Counted from the stretch's first letter, positions 30,436 to 41,756 are shown. The stretch: DNA of 64,000 nt from Abditibacteriaceae bacterium (GCA_965277285.1 OZ255721.1:2048001-2112000); one strand, 5' to 3'. Notes: a model not told the origin generated them from the letters alone. A program made the numbers and translations.

Positions 30436-31626
30436 TTATTCTACCGTTCCCGCCCTTGCAGCGTTTTGATTTGATGAACAAACCTCATCGAGTACTCGAA
30501 GCAAGCTGTCAGCCGCTCCGTGAATTTCAAATCTTTGAAGAAAACAGTGGCGTGCTTGTTCAGACATTTGCGTTTGTTCGGTGGGCGTCGAGTTCAACCA
30601 GCGTTCAAGTACTCGAATTGTGCCTTCAACTGTATCTTCATCGACAAAACCGGCGCCATCTTTTTCGATCTCGCGCCAAATGTTGACTTTATTAGAAATG
30701 AGAACTGGCGTGCCGCAACTCAAGGATTCGGCCACGACGATGCCGAAATTTTCCTGGTGCGAAGGCAAAACAAAAACTTCCGCCGCGCGAAAAGCGCCCC
30801 ATTTCAAGTCGCCTGACAACATCCCTGTCCACGTCATGCACGAAGTTATGCCCAAGCGTTCGGCCTGTGCTTCCAAAGCAGCCCGCCAGTGCGTTTGATC
30901 TGGACCAGCCATCACCAGGTGAAGATCAGGATCGAGCGAAGCGATTTGCGCAAAAGCCTCGATCAACAAGTCGCAGCCTTTTTTAACATGAATGCGGCTG
31001 ATAAACAACAAAACGCGTTTCCCCGAGAGTTGCGGAAACGTATCGAAGAAAAGTTGTTTTTGCTTTTCTCTATCGCCTCTTGCTCCGGCAGTGCCATAAC
31101 TCACGACAAATTCGCGGCATTTGTAAGGACGAAACGATTGGCGCGCCAGCAAGCGTTCTTCTTCGCAAGTAAAGCAAACACCCGCTGCATCGCGCAGTAC
31201 GCGATATTCACCCCATGGCCAGTAAAGACATTTTTTCAAATGCTTGAGCGGGTAACTGTGTTTGAACCAGGGATCGAGCATTCCATGTGTGAACACAAGA
31301 TAAGGCGTTTTCGAGTGACGCAAAGCGCGCCAGGTCGCAAAACTGCCATATTGCCAGATACCACGCGCAATAACAGCATCATAGTGAGATGCGTTTTCGC
31401 GTAACCAAGGCAACAATCGCGGTGAGTAAGCGTAAGTCGAACGCACTGGTCCCAACGCATGGACGAGAACTGGACACTGCGCAACCCAAACCGCATCAGG
31501 CCCATCCAAAGACACGACCTCAACAGTATGACCTTCTTGTGCCATGACTCCTGCGAGCTGCTTCAAGCCTTCGATGGGCCCCCCGGAATCTGGATTCACC
31601 GTGGTGATTACGTGGAGAACTTTCAT
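30436..31626 (-). CDS. GT4 glycosyltransferase
   Basis: GGPIEG, HGMLDPW, SRIHVKKG, PSHQENFGIVVAES. Confidence 0.92.
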   Translation of the reverse strand: MKVLHVITTVNPDSGGPIEGLKQLAGVMAQEGHTVEVVSLDGPDAVWVAQCPVLVHALGPVRSTYAYSPRLLPWLRENASHYDAVIARGIWQYGSFATWRALRHSKTPYLVFTHGMLDPWFKHSYPLKHLKKCLYWPWGEYRVLRDAAGVCFTCEEERLLARQSFRPYKCREFVVSYGTAGARGDREKQKQLFFDTFPQLSGKRVLLFISRIHVKKGCDLLIEAFAQIASLDPDLHLVMAGPDQTHWRAALEAQAERLGITSCMTWTGMLSGDLKWGAFRAAEVFVLPSHQENFGIVVAESLSCGTPVLISNKVNIWREIEKDGAGFVDEDTVEGTIRVLERWLNSTPTEQTQMSEQARHCFLQRFEIHGAADSLLRVLDEVCSSNQNAARAGTVE

Positions 31627-31646
31627 GCACTTATTCCTTCACTCGC

Positions 31647-32780
31647 TTATCCCTGGCTGCCTGTCTCCAGAACGCGTTTATAAACTTCAATGTATTCTTT
31701 GATCATTCGTTCATGTTGAAACCTTTTGACATTTTCAAAGCCACGTTCCGTCATCTTGCTCAGGTTTGAGGTTTCCAGTTCTTGCGCTATGATTTTGGCT
31801 GCTTCTTCACTGTTTACCGGATCAAAATAGCAAGCGGCATCGCCACCCACTTCCGTCATCGGGGCACGATTCGAGGTGAAAACGGGACAGCCGCAGGCTT
31901 GCGCTTCGATGATGGGCATGCCAAATCCTTCGTAGAAAGAAGGAAATATCATCGCCTTTGCGCTGGAATAAAGAGCGCGCAGTTGCTCGTCTTGAAGCCC
32001 GACCAACTCGTGAACAACGCTGTCCAACTTTTCTTCGCGGATAATGGCTCGCATTTCTTCGGACAAAGCCTTGCCAGCCAGCACCAGATGCAAATCCGCA
32101 CCTTTCGGTCTTTGTCGCAACGCCGCAAAAATCCTGATGACGCCGATGCGGTTCTTGGTTGGAGCATTGCGCCCGATATGAAAGACAAAGGAAGCGTCGG
32201 CGATTCCAAGGTCTCGTAGAATGGGGCGTCGCTCTTCTTCAACCATCGGCGTATAAGGATAGAAAAGGCTGTCGTAGACAACCGTTGTCCTTTCCTGGGA
32301 CACGTCGGACAGACGACAGACATCGCTGCGAGTCGCTTCAGAAATGCACACGATGTGTTGTGCGCCACTCAGCCCCTGACGAATTTTTTGTTGAAATATG
32401 GCCGCAGTTCCACTCGTGTGCCACTCAGGTAGCTCGCCCAGAGAAGCTCTCATGGCGATAAGATCGTTGCACGTCACAAGGTGAGGCACGCCCTGCAAAT
32501 GCTTGATATAAGGTGCCAAACCGTGATCAACGAGATGCACGACATCTGCCCATTCCAACTGCCGCCGCAGGGTCAGAGGGAAAAGCACAAGTTTGTCGAA
32601 ATGCCCGAGCCACTTGCCAAAACCATGGGAAGCCTGCCCGACCAAACCAACGATGGCCTGAGGCGCGATAAGGCGCGTTTCAATGCCAGCCTCTTCGCAG
32701 CCTTCGCGCAAAGCCCGCGCAAAGCCTATCAAACTATATTGTTGATCGCGCGGATAAGTGCCAACCAAGAGCAGTTTCAT
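31647..32780 (-). CDS. GT4 glycosyltransferase (mannosyltransferase-like)
   Basis: FPSFYEGFGMPIIEAQACG motif; start at MKLLLVG. Confidence 0.9.
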   Translation of the reverse strand: MKLLLVGTYPRDQQYSLIGFARALREGCEEAGIETRLIAPQAIVGLVGQASHGFGKWLGHFDKLVLFPLTLRRQLEWADVVHLVDHGLAPYIKHLQGVPHLVTCNDLIAMRASLGELPEWHTSGTAAIFQQKIRQGLSGAQHIVCISEATRSDVCRLSDVSQERTTVVYDSLFYPYTPMVEEERRPILRDLGIADASFVFHIGRNAPTKNRIGVIRIFAALRQRPKGADLHLVLAGKALSEEMRAIIREEKLDSVVHELVGLQDEQLRALYSSAKAMIFPSFYEGFGMPIIEAQACGCPVFTSNRAPMTEVGGDAACYFDPVNSEEAAKIIAQELETSNLSKMTERGFENVKRFQHERMIKEYIEVYKRVLETGSQG

Positions 32781-32787
32781 AATTGAT

Positions 32788-33453
32788 TTAAGCGACAAAG
32801 CCGGTCGAACGTTTGAAATAGGCCAGTTCGGGATCCAGTTCGCGCAGACGGCGCGCGGGAACGCCACCATAAAGAATATGCGGTTCGGAATAAGCCTTGT
32901 TGAGCAAAGATTTTGCGCCCAGAACCGAGTATGAAGGAAGAGCGCTGCCTCCCAGCAGCACAACGTTGGTTCCGACAAAGCAGTACTCGCCAACCGTGAC
33001 TGGCGCAGCCGATTGGCGGCATTGTTCCAAGTCAATGCTATGCGTCAATATCTGCGAACTAAACCCGGCGAAAGTCGCAAAGCGTCCTATGCGAACCGCT
33101 TCGGTACAATCGATGAAATGCCGATTGGTGATGGCCGCGTGCTCGCCAAGGACAAGAATGGGCTGGCGGTTCGTCAAATGCGAAAAATGCCTTGTCTGCG
33201 ACAAAGGATAACCCGTTATCCAATTGCCATTGCCAATCGTTCCATAAGTATCGATTTGTACAAGTTCAAGACCTTTGCAAATGGTGAAGTGACCTATTCG
33301 GGAGTAAGGCGCCATCTTGAGTTTGGTGGGCTGAATCCATGACAAACCGATCTTGCATGTGGAGTGAATTTCGTAGCCGAAAACGCGGCAGAGAAGCCAG
33401 CGGCGTAATGTCCACGGCAGGAACACGGTCAGCAAATAAGCAATTTTTTTCAT
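32788..33453 (-). CDS. Hexapeptide-repeat acyltransferase
   Basis: ILTHSID, VTVGEYCFVGTNVVLLGG, YGGVPAR. Confidence 0.85.
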   Translation of the reverse strand: MKKIAYLLTVFLPWTLRRWLLCRVFGYEIHSTCKIGLSWIQPTKLKMAPYSRIGHFTICKGLELVQIDTYGTIGNGNWITGYPLSQTRHFSHLTNRQPILVLGEHAAITNRHFIDCTEAVRIGRFATFAGFSSQILTHSIDLEQCRQSAAPVTVGEYCFVGTNVVLLGGSALPSYSVLGAKSLLNKAYSEPHILYGGVPARRLRELDPELAYFKRSTGFVA

Positions 33454-33532
33454 GTCTGATTTGATTTTGCAGGAACAATGATAACAAGCAGAATGGAGCG
33501 CAGGCAGTGCGCGGTGTCAACATCGCACTTTG

Positions 33533-34834
33533 CTACGCCATTGTACTCGCAGAAGCTTGATTTTGAATTCCCGGTTGTACACGCATGGAGGCCAAGCACA
33601 ACCCGGTTATGAAGCAGGTAAAGCCAAGTGTTGTGGGCTGACCGAAAGAGCCAGTGAGCACCATAAGTGCACAAACAGCAAACATAAGGATCGGCAACAT
33701 ATTGTTGAGTTTGGCTTGTCGCACTGCATCCCATCCAACCTGAAATGTTAAGCAAGTCCTGAATAAGAGAAAGAGCGTTCCAAGGATGGGACCGCTTTCA
33801 AGAATAATGCGGCTCCATTCTTCCTCGGCCAATAAGAACTGAACTTGTCCCGTCAACAAGGAGGAACCAGCAGTCGTCCCCATTCCCAACCCAGCTCCGA
33901 AGAGCGGGCTGTTCCAAAGCAATGCAATGGGGTTTAAAAAGAAGCCGAGAAAACGGTCGAGGAAGCCTGTTGAGCCTCCCTCAGACCGACTGGCACCATC
34001 AACGCGTGCGCTGAAGACATAAAGAGCGTCTTGAAAAACTGGGACATTAAGAGCGATAAGCCACAACACGACAAGAATAGCTGCCACGCGCAAACCGCGC
34101 CAGGCCAATTGCGGCTGCAGGAAACAACTGGCGGCGATGCCCATAACAACAACAATAGCCACATTAGCGACCAGAGTCCGACTCCCAGAAACTGCTATCG
34201 CCAGGGTCAACCCTGCCCCCGCCAACAAAAGAAGCCATAAGGGGTAACGTCGCACATTGCTAAATTGGCTTTCCAACAAAAAGGCCGTCACCAGAGGATA
34301 AAAAGCGATTGGGCCAGAAATAAACGAGAAGGTTCCTGAAGAACGCACATGTCCCAACGCCGAACTAATCTGCACTGCGCCTTCACTGGCTCCAGCGTTC
34401 AACCACGAATTTGAGGGCGCCTGAAATTGCAGGGCCATCAAGAGCGCCATAGGAATCGAAGTCAGCAACGTCCAATACCCAAACTTTTGAACATCTCTAA
34501 AATCGAGTACTCGACCCATGATAAAAATCAAAGGCAAATGCAAAAAATTGGCGCGAAAGCCGTAAAGTGCCACAAAGACCGTATTGCCCGGCGCGAACAC
34601 GCCTGCCGCCAGAGACGCAAAAGCGATGATGACACCGCACAACATAAACCAATTTCTCGGAAAAATGCCGACCTGATAAGCATAAGCATAGACAAGCAAA
34701 ACGATTGGATCGCGCACAATTAATAACGGCGTGGCCAATGAAGGCAAAAGCCACTTGCGCAATGCGCCTTCTAACAACAACAACACAAAATAAACCCAGA
34801 TCAGCTTTTTGATATTTTCAATGCCTTTTACCAT
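33533..34834 (-). CDS. Putative Wzy polymerase / O-antigen ligase-like membrane protein
   Basis: About 11 TMs, EGALRKW, R.SGTFSF, SGSR, GAGLG; located inside the polysaccharide cluster. Confidence 0.7.
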   Translation of the reverse strand: MVKGIENIKKLIWVYFVLLLLEGALRKWLLPSLATPLLIVRDPIVLLVYAYAYQVGIFPRNWFMLCGVIIAFASLAAGVFAPGNTVFVALYGFRANFLHLPLIFIMGRVLDFRDVQKFGYWTLLTSIPMALLMALQFQAPSNSWLNAGASEGAVQISSALGHVRSSGTFSFISGPIAFYPLVTAFLLESQFSNVRRYPLWLLLLAGAGLTLAIAVSGSRTLVANVAIVVVMGIAASCFLQPQLAWRGLRVAAILVVLWLIALNVPVFQDALYVFSARVDGASRSEGGSTGFLDRFLGFFLNPIALLWNSPLFGAGLGMGTTAGSSLLTGQVQFLLAEEEWSRIILESGPILGTLFLLFRTCLTFQVGWDAVRQAKLNNMLPILMFAVCALMVLTGSFGQPTTLGFTCFITGLCLASMRVQPGIQNQASASTMA

Positions 34835-34849
34835 GTCGAGTCTTTTCTA

Positions 34850-36097
34850 TTACCCGTTCTCTAAAGTTGAACGTACGATGCTGGCGATCTGGTCTTCATA
34901 ACGCTGCCAAGTATATTGTGCTGCTTTAAGAGTGGCACATTTTTTCATGCGCGGCAGTTGATCGCGGTGCGTCGCAAACCACTCAAGTTTTTCCGCTATC
35001 TTCTCGGGCGAGCGTATCGGCACCAGGAAACCTGTCTCGCCTTCCTCAATCAAATCTTGACCACCAGCGTTAGGCGTCACAACCAAAGGCAGTCCACACG
35101 CCATCGCTTCCTGTTGAACCAGGGCACGCCCTTCGACAATCGACGGCAGCACAAACACATCGCACGACCGCATCAAATCTAACACTTGCGCATGGGAACG
35201 CGGCGGCTCGTAAACAAAATCCGCATACTGATGCAAATACCATTCGAGAGAACAAAGTGGCGAACCCATCACGATTAGTTGCACATCACGTCGCTGCAAC
35301 AATTTCATCGCTGCGAAAATATCCGCTAAACCTTTGCGCTGAGTCATCGAACCCGCAAAAAGAACGCGCAATGGTTGAGAACTCTGGTCATGGCCATCAA
35401 ATGCAGCGGGTAAAAAGGGCACTGTGGGCGAACCAAATTCCGCGACGTAACATGCCTTAGTCGAACGCACTTGCTCTGGCAATGAATCGTAAACGAACTG
35501 GCTGGGCGTAATCACCACGTCAGCCATATTCAATTCTTCTGTTTTTCTTTGCCTCTTGTCTTCGCTGTCACGCGTTCCAACCAGCGTTGGCTCCCATTCA
35601 GGCCAGCGTTCGGCTTCCTCGCTTAAAAGATGCGAGCCGGTTTTCCAGTAGGCAATGGGCAAATCATAAAAACAACGTAGCCCTTGCGTTTTCGCGGCGC
35701 GGAATGTGTGCAACGCTCCGTCTTCATAACAATAAACTGCCGCCAAATCAGGAACATGGCTCAAACGTTGTGCGACCTTTGCGTCCAGTGCGTGATTTAC
35801 CGCATCCATCGAGCAGATTCCCGTTTCGTGAGTCGTAAGCGATTGAAGCCGAAGCCTGGGCGCGAACAAACGCACTGTTTCGCGCCACGGCATGGTCTTG
35901 ATCTTACTCTTGTCTACATTTGAAAAAGTGCGGCGCGCAAACTGTTGTTTCCACTTCGCAGGCAGGACGCGAGAGGCCAGGGAGTTCTCATTCCAAGCAA
36001 TGCACGTCCAAAACTCGGCGAGTAGTTGCGCTTCACTCAAAGATTGCAACACATGACGAACATTAGCGTTTCCGGTGGGATGAGCGAGAAGAATCAT
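34850..36097 (-). CDS. GT4 glycosyltransferase
   Basis: LFAGSMTQRKG, LPSIVEGRALVQQEAMACG. Confidence 0.9.
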   Translation of the reverse strand: MILLAHPTGNANVRHVLQSLSEAQLLAEFWTCIAWNENSLASRVLPAKWKQQFARRTFSNVDKSKIKTMPWRETVRLFAPRLRLQSLTTHETGICSMDAVNHALDAKVAQRLSHVPDLAAVYCYEDGALHTFRAAKTQGLRCFYDLPIAYWKTGSHLLSEEAERWPEWEPTLVGTRDSEDKRQRKTEELNMADVVITPSQFVYDSLPEQVRSTKACYVAEFGSPTVPFLPAAFDGHDQSSQPLRVLFAGSMTQRKGLADIFAAMKLLQRRDVQLIVMGSPLCSLEWYLHQYADFVYEPPRSHAQVLDLMRSCDVFVLPSIVEGRALVQQEAMACGLPLVVTPNAGGQDLIEEGETGFLVPIRSPEKIAEKLEWFATHRDQLPRMKKCATLKAAQYTWQRYEDQIASIVRSTLENG

Positions 36098-36254
36098 TGT
36101 AGAGCTTCTACAAAAACTGAGCAATTAAGAATAAGTGATTGGCCTGACATTTTTCTACAAATAGTTCTACAAGTCGTCTCATAAATCACTCTCCAAACTC
36201 CCACTTTCGAGTACTCGATTGTATTTATAAGATAGCTTTTAACAACAACTTCCG

Positions 36255-36920
36255 TTACGCATCGTTGGCTTGACTTTGGGTTTGCTCCGCGATGGAGCGA
36301 CGCTCACGCACTTCTTTGCCCAGCCAGGCATCTTGAAACGAGAGGAACTGAACGGGATTATAAGAAAGTTCCCGCACACGGACATTTTCTCGGACGACAG
36401 CCGGGTTTCCGCTGGCGATTGCGTAAGGAGGCACATCCTTCGTAACGACACAAGCTGCCCCAACGACCGCGCCGCGCCCTATTTTAACGCCGGGAAGAAT
36501 CGTGGCGCCGGTCGCTATCCACGCGAAATCATCGACTTTTATAGGTTTGAGAATGTGTCGCCACAGCGGATCGCGCACATCATGACTGCCCGTCAACATC
36601 GTGACGCCATCGTTGATGCAGACACAAGCACCAATTTCTAAAGTATCGTGCAGCATCAGCGTGGCGCGTCCAATGAAAGTCGATTGACCGACCGTCAAGT
36701 GACTCAAACGTCCTTCCGCCTTGACCTTACCGATACAAGCGTCCGGCGCAATCGATGCACCGCGCATCGTTAGTCGCTGACGGTTCGCGCTAACGCTTAA
36801 CAAAGTCGGGAAAGTTAAAGCCCGCTTAGCCCAAGTTTTGAAGAATTCGTAAGAACCGAAAGGCGGGCGCGAGCGGTTTTTCCAAAGGTAAAAAAACATT
36901 GTTGCAAAAGACGTTGCCAC
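36255..36920 (-). CDS. Hexapeptide-repeat acyltransferase
   Basis: LTGSHD, AWIATGATILPGVKIGRGAVVGA, GNPA. Confidence 0.88.
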   Translation of the reverse strand: MATSFATMFFYLWKNRSRPPFGSYEFFKTWAKRALTFPTLLSVSANRQRLTMRGASIAPDACIGKVKAEGRLSHLTVGQSTFIGRATLMLHDTLEIGACVCINDGVTMLTGSHDVRDPLWRHILKPIKVDDFAWIATGATILPGVKIGRGAVVGAACVVTKDVPPYAIASGNPAVVRENVRVRELSYNPVQFLSFQDAWLGKEVRERRSIAEQTQSQANDA

Positions 36921-36925
36921 GACAG

Positions 36926-38101
36926 CTACACCACAGACGAACCCAAAGCTTCAAGAAATTGACGCGCGATCTGTGGCAGCCTGTGTTCGGGTTCCCGCCG
37001 GATGATTCCTGAAATCAATTTGCCCTGCAACGTGTCATCGAGTTTGTGCAAAAGTGGTTCAGCAGCCTCGTCCGTCGGGTTTTCGCGGCGCGAATGCCAA
37101 TCATCGCGGTTGACAATAACCGGCAAGCCGTGTTCTGTCATGGCCGCCGCCACACCACTTTTCCCAATTAATCCATAAGGCGCGGCAGCGATTCCGAAGT
37201 CCAAAAACTGAAGATATTGCGAGACTTTATCGACAGGTCGCTCGCCCAGTTTTAGGAAATGGAAGCGATTCGAGTACTCGATTGCCAGGAGCTTCCAATA
37301 ATCTTCATCGCCCACGCGACCTACTGAAGCGATAAGGACCTGGCGATTGTTGTGTTGCGCTGCCTGATAAATATAACTCAACAAAGGTTCGGCAGGCCAA
37401 GCCGGAGAAAGCGATCCAAAAAAACCGAACGTCCACCATTCGTTTCTGTTAGCTTCGGTTAACTCGATGTTCGTTTTCTCAAACTCTTCATACAACCATT
37501 GTGCGTCCGATGGAACAATCGGGATATTTCCAAACAACGGCAGCAAGTCGGCATCGATGCCGCTTTGTGCTAACAGATGGATGTAAGTACAGATGCTGGT
37601 GTGCACAACCGAAGGATTGAGGCGCCGTGTCAGTTGAAGGATGAAATGCTTCTGCGCTTTTCCAATCATCCATTCTTTACGCTGCGCTTTTGTATGATCG
37701 CCAATCCACAACTCGTGAAACATAACGTGGACGCGCCGTTTTTCAAGTAACGGGCGCAAGTGCGCCGCCAGGTTATACACGATTCCTTTGCTTTGAAACG
37801 CATAAGACACAAACTGCAGACTCACCCAATCGGGATCGAACGTTTCCAAAAACTTCTTCGCCAGCAGCGTTTTTTCGCGCCAGGGAATCTGCTGCGACAA
37901 GCGCATGGTTTCGATGTTCGTTCCTCGTGCGCCGTCCAAGGTTTCGCTTACAGGTTCGGTTGACTTCAACCAGCGGTCGTTCAAGGCCAGCAAGGCACAG
38001 GAATGACCTTGTCGCACGCATTCCTGCGCCAGAGCGCGCGTGTAATCGCCGACGCCATCGCGTCCGGCTTCCAGGCTTCCCACAATAAACGCGATTTTCA
38101 T
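36926..38101 (-). CDS. GT-B fold glycosyltransferase-like protein
   Basis: DGVGDY, MFHELW, FGFFG, KSGVAAAMTEHGLP. Confidence 0.72.
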   Translation of the reverse strand: MKIAFIVGSLEAGRDGVGDYTRALAQECVRQGHSCALLALNDRWLKSTEPVSETLDGARGTNIETMRLSQQIPWREKTLLAKKFLETFDPDWVSLQFVSYAFQSKGIVYNLAAHLRPLLEKRRVHVMFHELWIGDHTKAQRKEWMIGKAQKHFILQLTRRLNPSVVHTSICTYIHLLAQSGIDADLLPLFGNIPIVPSDAQWLYEEFEKTNIELTEANRNEWWTFGFFGSLSPAWPAEPLLSYIYQAAQHNNRQVLIASVGRVGDEDYWKLLAIEYSNRFHFLKLGERPVDKVSQYLQFLDFGIAAAPYGLIGKSGVAAAMTEHGLPVIVNRDDWHSRRENPTDEAAEPLLHKLDDTLQGKLISGIIRREPEHRLPQIARQFLEALGSSVV

Positions 38102-38133
38102 GCAGTTTCTGAGTGCTTCAATGTCACAGTTTT

Positions 38134-38718
38134 TCAATCTCGCTGCCCGATTTTGTGCGCCGGTACGCCGCCCCATATTTCGTTGGCTGGAATCGACTTG
38201 GTGCAAACGGCGCCCGCACCAACTACCGCGCCTGTGCCAATCGTCACGCCCTTGAGAACAACGACATTAACGCCCAACCAGACGTTTTCCATTAAACGGA
38301 TCGGTTCTTCCGCTCCAAGTTGTTCCCGCATCGGACGGTTCAAATCGGCGATACCATGATCGTGGTCGATGAACTTGCAACCCGAAGCGATCAGACAATT
38401 ATCGCCGATCTCGATTTTCTGGCGGATGTTGAACTCGCAGCCGTTGCCCAGAAACACGTTGTTCCCTACCATGATGGACGGGCCTGGACACCAAAGCCCA
38501 TCAAACTTGAAGTGGATGTTACATTCCAGCAGGCAATTTTTGCCAATCGCCAACTGGTGCGGCCACGTTATTTTCAAGTGCGGCAGCACGGTTCCAGTGC
38601 CAATGGACGCGCCTTGCAAGCGCAACAAAAACTTGCGCGTCGGTGATTTTGCGAGCGCCTGTACTCTTTCGCGCCCACGAAAGCACGCTTTTTGGAAAAG
38701 TTTCCGATCATTCGCCAT
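38134..38718 (-). CDS. Hexapeptide-repeat acyltransferase
   Basis: FIDHDH, VWLGVNVVVLKGVTIG, WGGVPA. Confidence 0.88.
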   Translation of the reverse strand: MANDRKLFQKACFRGRERVQALAKSPTRKFLLRLQGASIGTGTVLPHLKITWPHQLAIGKNCLLECNIHFKFDGLWCPGPSIMVGNNVFLGNGCEFNIRQKIEIGDNCLIASGCKFIDHDHGIADLNRPMREQLGAEEPIRLMENVWLGVNVVVLKGVTIGTGAVVGAGAVCTKSIPANEIWGGVPAHKIGQRD

Positions 38719-38919
38719 AAGAGTTTTAAGCCATAAAGTTCGGCAACGCTCCGGCACAACCCCGCCATTTCATTAGAAAATCTTACATTTCTAAAGAAGT
38801 AGAGCCGCTACAAGTAACATCGAGTACTCGATTCCACAATGCTATAAACGAATCAGAACGATTGGACAATGTTTGTTGCCGTGTCGCCGTCCTCTGATAG
38901 CACTGACGAAAACAAGATT

Positions 38920-40182
38920 TCACGAGGCTCGGAGCTTTGGCTTTGAAGACATGAAAGGACGTTCAAAGCAAACATGAAAACCGTAAGCAAACAACACGCA
39001 CAAAGGCAACGTAAAAATATACAGGGTCACGAAAACTAGGGAAGGCGAAAGGTGCAGGGCTTTATTGATGCCATCCATCAAAGCGAGCACCAAAGAATGA
39101 ATGAGATACAAACTGTAAGAGAAAGTGCCGATCTTTACAAGCGCGGGCAGCCGTAAAATACGCAACAAAAGCGGATGCTGCGCGCTCTCTTTCGATCCTT
39201 GTTCAACGCAATAGACGAGCAGGCAAACAGCGGCCAATCCGACCAGAATGTCGAGGTTCCATTCGTAACCCAACACGTAGTGGCGCAATGGTTGGAGCAG
39301 AGATATTCTCTCAAATCGCTTATTTTCCAGAGTCGATAAAACGACGATGAGCGAGGAAAGAAACCAGAAAACAGAGAGGAAGGGGAACTTTTCTCGAACG
39401 GCCAAATACGCGTCCGTTTTTCGATGGAAGCAAACCTCAGATGCCAGCATCCCGAAGACAAACAGGCCGATATACCACGGATAGGTTTTGTCCGTGGCAG
39501 GCCCGATCAGAAAATGGGGCGCCAATCCCAGAACAAATCCCAAAAGCAATGTCCATCCGATGCCCCAGCGCCGTTTGACGAACAGGAAAAGCGGAAACAG
39601 AAAGTAGATTTGCCACTCGACAGCAATACTCCACAACGGCGTGTTGATTTTCCACAGATACGGCGTAAGATTATGCACCAAAAACAAATGCGACACAACG
39701 GCGCCAAAACTGAAAGAGGGAAGCGTTTCTCCCCAATATCCCTTACTGTGCCGCAAAGCCGGTACGCTGGCCGTCAACAGAAGTGACAAGGCTAAAGCGG
39801 CATAATACGGCGGAAGAATGCGGCGGCTTCTCCGTTTGAAATAATCCGCCGTTCCTTTTGGCAATACGTTACCGCCAGCACGCGCCACAGGCAGCATTAG
39901 GCAGAAACCCGATAAAACGATGAACACATCGACCGCATAATGCCCGAAACGAAAAACTATAAAGAACAGGAAGAATTGGATTTTATTCAACAGTCCTGAA
40001 AGATGCAAAGCTCCATTGGTGACGTTATATTGGATGTTTACGCTGCAATGCCCAACAGTCACATACAAGGCGGCTAAAGCGCGAATGCCATCGAGAAACT
40101 GAAAATGTACTTTTGGTGCTGCAGATGGAGTTGCTGGAGCAGGTGCAGAAACGACATCAACGGTTGGAATTATAGGTGTCAT
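38920..40182 (-). CDS. Acyltransferase family 3 (OafA-like membrane O-acyltransferase)
   Basis: LDGIRALAA, VDVFIVLSGF, RRSRRILPPY, WSIAVEWQIY, SYSLYLIH, FERP. Confidence 0.93.
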   Translation of the reverse strand: MTPIIPTVDVVSAPAPATPSAAPKVHFQFLDGIRALAALYVTVGHCSVNIQYNVTNGALHLSGLLNKIQFFLFFIVFRFGHYAVDVFIVLSGFCLMLPVARAGGNVLPKGTADYFKRRSRRILPPYYAALALSLLLTASVPALRHSKGYWGETLPSFSFGAVVSHLFLVHNLTPYLWKINTPLWSIAVEWQIYFLFPLFLFVKRRWGIGWTLLLGFVLGLAPHFLIGPATDKTYPWYIGLFVFGMLASEVCFHRKTDAYLAVREKFPFLSVFWFLSSLIVVLSTLENKRFERISLLQPLRHYVLGYEWNLDILVGLAAVCLLVYCVEQGSKESAQHPLLLRILRLPALVKIGTFSYSLYLIHSLVLALMDGINKALHLSPSLVFVTLYIFTLPLCVLFAYGFHVCFERPFMSSKPKLRAS

Positions 40183-40279
40183 AAAGGCTGGATAAGATAC
40201 ACGATTTTCTGTAGCGGAGGAATGAAGTTCAAGAGCATTCAACCTGCATAGAACTTTAGGATTTTCCTCTTGAGGCTCT

Positions 40280-41125
40280 TCAACGTTGATCCGGTAGTTC
40301 TTTGGAGGTTTGAGCAAACTCATCGGTGGGGCGTTGAAACAAAATCGCCATGCCAGTACACATTTTTGTTCGCAGAGGCTTTGGCAAGCGGCAGGTTGCG
40401 TTTTCTACCAGTTGCACGGCTCCTCGTGGCAGCACTTTTAAGAGCGCCTCGGTCTTCACATGACCGTTCGTTAGCGGGTTCGTATAAAGGTCGACGTCAA
40501 GAACGCGCAAATTGGCCTGTCTGGCGAGAGCCTCGAGTTCGTCCTGATGCAGCAGAAAGATGTGCCCGTCAGCGTTGGGTTTGAACTGCACATCCTCGAA
40601 CTGCGAAGGATCGGCGCATTCAGAAAATTTCGGCAGCTTATTTAGGAAATAGCCGCCGTTGGGTGTCGTCATCACTATGTAACCACCAGGTTTAGTCAAG
40701 TGGCTAATCTTCGCCAAGAACTCGTCAGGGTGAGCAACATGTTCGATGATCTCAGTGATCAAGACCACATCGAAAAGGGATGCAAAACCAAGATCAAAAA
40801 CATTACCAGGAGCAAAGTTGAGGTTTCCACGCTCATATTTCATTTTGACATAATCAACTAATTCCCCACGCAAATCGTTCCACGTCACATCATATCCCAG
40901 TTCAGCTAAGGCAAGGCTAAAATTTCCTTGAGCGGCAGCGACATCCAAGATTTTCGATCCGGGAGAAGCAATGCTTTTTACAAGTTCCAAAGTGTGCTTA
41001 CGACGGTTATCGTATGCGTAAGCGTAACCCAAATGCTCCGGTTGATTATAAATCTCAGCCAAATCGTAAGGGTAGCTTTCTTTCCAGCTCTGAGGCCAGT
41101 CAGCCTGAGGACGAACTTTTTTCAT
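40280..41125 (-). CDS. Class I SAM-dependent methyltransferase
   Basis: ILDVAAAQG, FDVVLITEIIEHV, KPGGYIVMTTPN; AAGGAGG RBS. Confidence 0.9.
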   Translation of the reverse strand: MKKVRPQADWPQSWKESYPYDLAEIYNQPEHLGYAYAYDNRRKHTLELVKSIASPGSKILDVAAAQGNFSLALAELGYDVTWNDLRGELVDYVKMKYERGNLNFAPGNVFDLGFASLFDVVLITEIIEHVAHPDEFLAKISHLTKPGGYIVMTTPNGGYFLNKLPKFSECADPSQFEDVQFKPNADGHIFLLHQDELEALARQANLRVLDVDLYTNPLTNGHVKTEALLKVLPRGAVQLVENATCRLPKPLRTKMCTGMAILFQRPTDEFAQTSKELPDQR

Positions 41126-41170
41126 ATTCCTCCTTTGCATCAACGTATCATCTCAAGTCGAACGCGCTTG

Positions 41171-41722
41171 CTAAAAGAATAAACGGCAATAATGTGCGTT
41201 GTAAGTGAGGTCCTCAAAACGAGCAGCTATGGGTTTGGCTGGAACCCCGGCAACAATAGTGAAAGCGGGAACATCTTTGGTAACTACCGCGCCTGCTGCT
41301 ACAACAGCGCCTTTACTTATGGTAACACCAGGCAAGATCATCGCACGGGTACCAATGAATACATAGTCCTCAATTGAAACTGCCGAGTTCCGTCCTGCAA
41401 AAACCGGACTTTGCAGATCGTGGTCTGCAGTTAATATGCAAACTTCGGCAGAAATCGATACATTATCACCTATTGTAATTCCGCCACGGTTATCTAAGCG
41501 GCACTTTTGATTGATTACGCTATTCGTGCCTACTTCGAAGTTAAATTTGCAATCAAAGGAAGCGTCCATAAAAATCGTACTATTATTTCCAATCCTGAAA
41601 TGCAAACAGTGCCGATAAAAGAACAAACGCACAGTATGAGAAGGAACTCGCGCAATGATTCTGTTAGTAATGTATAGTAAGCCGTCAAAATGCACTCTAC
41701 TTAGATAAGAAATAACTTGCAT
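41171..41722 (-). CDS. Hexapeptide-repeat acyltransferase
   Basis: [28 protein letters not shown]. Confidence 0.9.
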   Translation of the reverse strand: MQVISYLSRVHFDGLLYITNRIIARVPSHTVRLFFYRHCLHFRIGNNSTIFMDASFDCKFNFEVGTNSVINQKCRLDNRGGITIGDNVSISAEVCILTADHDLQSPVFAGRNSAVSIEDYVFIGTRAMILPGVTISKGAVVAAGAVVTKDVPAFTIVAGVPAKPIAARFEDLTYNAHYCRLFF

Positions 41723-41756
41723 AGGTACCCCAACACGCGAAGGTGAAATCAAGCAA